64,000 bases of DNA from Squalus acanthias (lineage: Eukaryota), in assembly GCA_030390025.1 (NCBI GenBank), contig CM059431.1, positions 155,932,001-155,996,000 of the forward strand, written 5' to 3'. A program made the translations under genes and the position numbers. Below are positions 61,701 through 64,000 of the stretch, piece after piece. Each line of letters begins with the position of its first letter. Positions within the stretch are counted from its first letter, which is position 1. The notes beneath the pieces are model-generated. The model searched no databases. It worked only from the letters and a program-made list of their open reading frames with translations, and was not told the origin of the DNA.

Positions 61701-64000
61701 CCTGGACTACACAGAGTATCAGAGAACCCTGGACTACACAGTTGTCAGAATGCCTTGGACTACACAGAGTGTCAGAGTACCGTGGACTACACAGAGTGTC
61801 AGAGCACCCTGGACTACACAGAGTGTCCGAGTGCCGTGGGTTAAACAGAGTGTCAGAGTACCTTGGACAACACGGAGTGCCCGAGTTCCCTGGACTATAC
61901 AGCCTTCCAGAGTACCGTTCACAACAAAGAGTGTCAGAGGTCCTTGGACTACACAGAGTGTCAGAGTACACTGCATTACACAGAGTGTCAGAGTACCTTG
62001 GATTACGCAGAGTGTCAGACAACCGTGGGCTACACAGAGTGAAGGAGTACACTGGGCTACACAGATTGTCAGAGTACCCTGGACTACACAGAGTGTCAGA
62101 GTAACGTGGGCTACACAGATTATCAGAGGACCCTGGACTAAACAGAGTGTGAGAGTACCCTGGACTACACATAGTGACAGAGAACCCTGGACTAAACAGA
62201 GTGTCAGAGAACCCTGGACTACACAGAGTGTTAGAGTATCTTGGACTACACAGAGTGTCAGAGTACCCTGGACTACACAAATTGTTTGAGAACCGTGAGT
62301 TACACAGAGTGTCAGAATACATTGGACTACACAGAGTGTCAGAGTAACCTGGACTACACAGAGTGTCAGAGTACCCTGGACTACACAGAGTGTCAGAGTG
62401 CCTTGGACTACATGAATGTCAGAGTACCGTGGGCTGCACAGAGTGTCAGATTACCTTGGACTAAACAGTGTCAGAATACCCTGGACTACACAGAGTGTCA
62501 GAGTACCGTGGACTAAACAGAGTGTCAGAACACCCAGGACTACACAGAGTGTCAGAGAACCCTGGACTGCACAGAGTGTCAGAGTACACTGGACTACACA
62601 GATTGTCAGAATACCGTGGGCTAAATAGAGTGTCAGTGTATCCTGGACTACACAAATTGTCAGAGAACCGTGAGTTACACAGAGTGTCAGAATACATTGG
62701 ACTGCACAGAGTGTCAGAGTAACCTGGACTACACAGAGTGTCAGAGTGCCTTGGACTACAATGAGTGTCAGAGTACCGTGGGCTGCACAGAGTGTCACAG
62801 TACCTTGGACTAAACAGAGTGTCAGAATACCCTGGACTACAGAGAGTGTCAGAGTTCCGTGGACTAAACAGAGTGTCAGAGTTCCTTGGACTACACAGAT
62901 TGTCAGAGAAACGTGGGCGACAAAGAGTGTCAGATTACCCTGGACTACACAAAGTGTCAGAGTACCCTGGACTACACAGAGTGTCAGATTATCCTGGTCT
63001 ACACAGAGTGTCAGAGTGATTTGGAATGCACAGAGTGTCAGAGTAGCTTGGACTGCACAGAGTGTCAGAGTACCGTGGACGAAACAGAGTTTCAGAGTAC
63101 ACTGGACTAAACAGAGTGTCAGAGTACCTTCGACTACACAGAGTGTCAGAGTACCCTGGATTACACAGAGTGTCAGAGTACCGTGGGCTACACAGAGTGA
63201 CAGAGTACCCTGGACTACACAGAGCGTCAGAGTACCGTGGGCTACACAGAGTGACAGAGTACCCTGGACTACACGGAGTGTCAGAGTTCCTTGGACTACA
63301 CAGAGTGTCAGAGTACCGTGGACTACACAGAGTGACAGAGTACCCTGGATTACACGGTGTGTCAGTGTTCCTTGGACTACACAGAGTGTCAGAGTACCTT
63401 GGACTACGCAGACTGTCAGAGAACCGTGGGCTACACAGAGTGACAGAGTACACTGGTCTACACAGAGTGTCAGAGTACCGTGGACTACACAGAGTGACAG
63501 AGTACCGTTGCCCACACAGAGTGACAAGGTACACTGGGCTACACAGATTGTAAGAGTACCCTGGACTAAACAGAGTGACAGAGTGCCGTGGGCTACACAG
63601 AGTTTCAGCGTACCCTGGACAACACAGAGTGTCAGAGTACCGTGGACTAAACAGAGTGTCAGAGTACCCTGGACGACACAGAGTGTCAGAGTGACGTGGG
63701 CTACACAGAGTGTCAGAGTAACTTGGACTACACAGATTGTCAGAGTCCCGTGTGCAACACAGAGTGACAGAGTACCCTGGACTACACGGAGTGTCGGAGT
63801 TCATTCTTCTACACAGATTGTCAGAGTCCCGTGTGCTACACAGAGTGACAGAGTACCCTGGACTACACAGAGTGTCAGAGTAAAGTGGACTAAACAGAGT
63901 GTCAGAGTCCCGTGTGCTACACAGAGAGACAGAGTACCCTGGTCTACACGGAGTGTCGGAGTTCATTCGTCTACACAGAGTGTCAGAGTACCGTGGGCTA

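Larger units (their letters stand above)
30140..64000. repeat. 27-bp tandem satellite (CAGAGTGTCAGAGTACCCTGGACTACA)n, >33 kb, ~1,200 units, continues beyond the window
   Basis: Directly visible, with 9-aa periodicity in all ORFs (HRVSEYPGL, TQSVRVPWT, YTECQSTLD, YSDTLCSPG, TLTLCVVQG). Unit count estimated from length divided by 27. Confidence 0.98.

Noticed and set aside
30201..63966. Hundreds of ORFs up to 708 aa with 9-aa repeats (YSDTLCSPG, TQSVRVPWT, HRVSEYPGL, etc.) suggesting a solenoid, mucin-like or ice-binding repeat protein
   Set aside because: The 27-bp unit is a multiple of 3 and stop-free in 5 of 6 frames, so long ORFs are expected on both strands. 26-bp units shift frames freely, stops occur in every frame, SINEs interrupt the array, and there is no unique N- or C-terminal domain. 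The most variable base is a Pro wobble position in the TQSVRVPWT frame, but that frame is also repeatedly broken.
30140..64000. CRISPR-like array
   Set aside because: Units are contiguous with no unique spacers, there are no cas genes, and the context is vertebrate.
30140..64000. V(D)J recombination signals: each unit has CACAGAG and some have the perfect heptamer CACAGTG
   Set aside because: There is no ACAAAAACC-like nonamer at 12 or 23 bp (those positions read CTGGACTAC and AGAGTGTCA) and no V, D or J segments.

Overview
Gene-free, repeat-only vertebrate DNA, most likely from a cartilaginous fish (inferred from HE1-type V-SINEs whose 3' tails match the local CR1/HER1-like LINEs). It has three zones. 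(1) 1-24.7 kb is a pile-up of decayed CR1 LINEs, all on the minus strand. It also holds one old plus-strand LTR element (LTRs ~0.9 kb, tRNA-Arg-like PBS, no recognisable pol, a decayed envelope-like C-terminus). The 3' LTR of that element is split by a 9.1-kb head-to-tail chain of three CR1 copies. (2) 24.8-30.1 kb is a highly degenerate 33-34-bp minisatellite with scattered 27-bp units. (3) 30.1-64 kb, running off the window, is a much more homogeneous 27-bp satellite (consensus CAGAGTGTCAGAGTACCCTGGACTACA, roughly 1,200 units) with nested higher-order duplications and one SINE insertion amplified to three copies. Nearly all ORFs in the track beyond 30 kb are artefacts of the 27-bp unit being stop-free in 5 of 6 frames. 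I find no intact host gene and no demonstrable new protein system. The most interesting signals are the env-like LTR relic, the visible 34-to-27-bp satellite transition, and the chained CR1 insertions. All divergence figures are by-eye estimates from short alignments.
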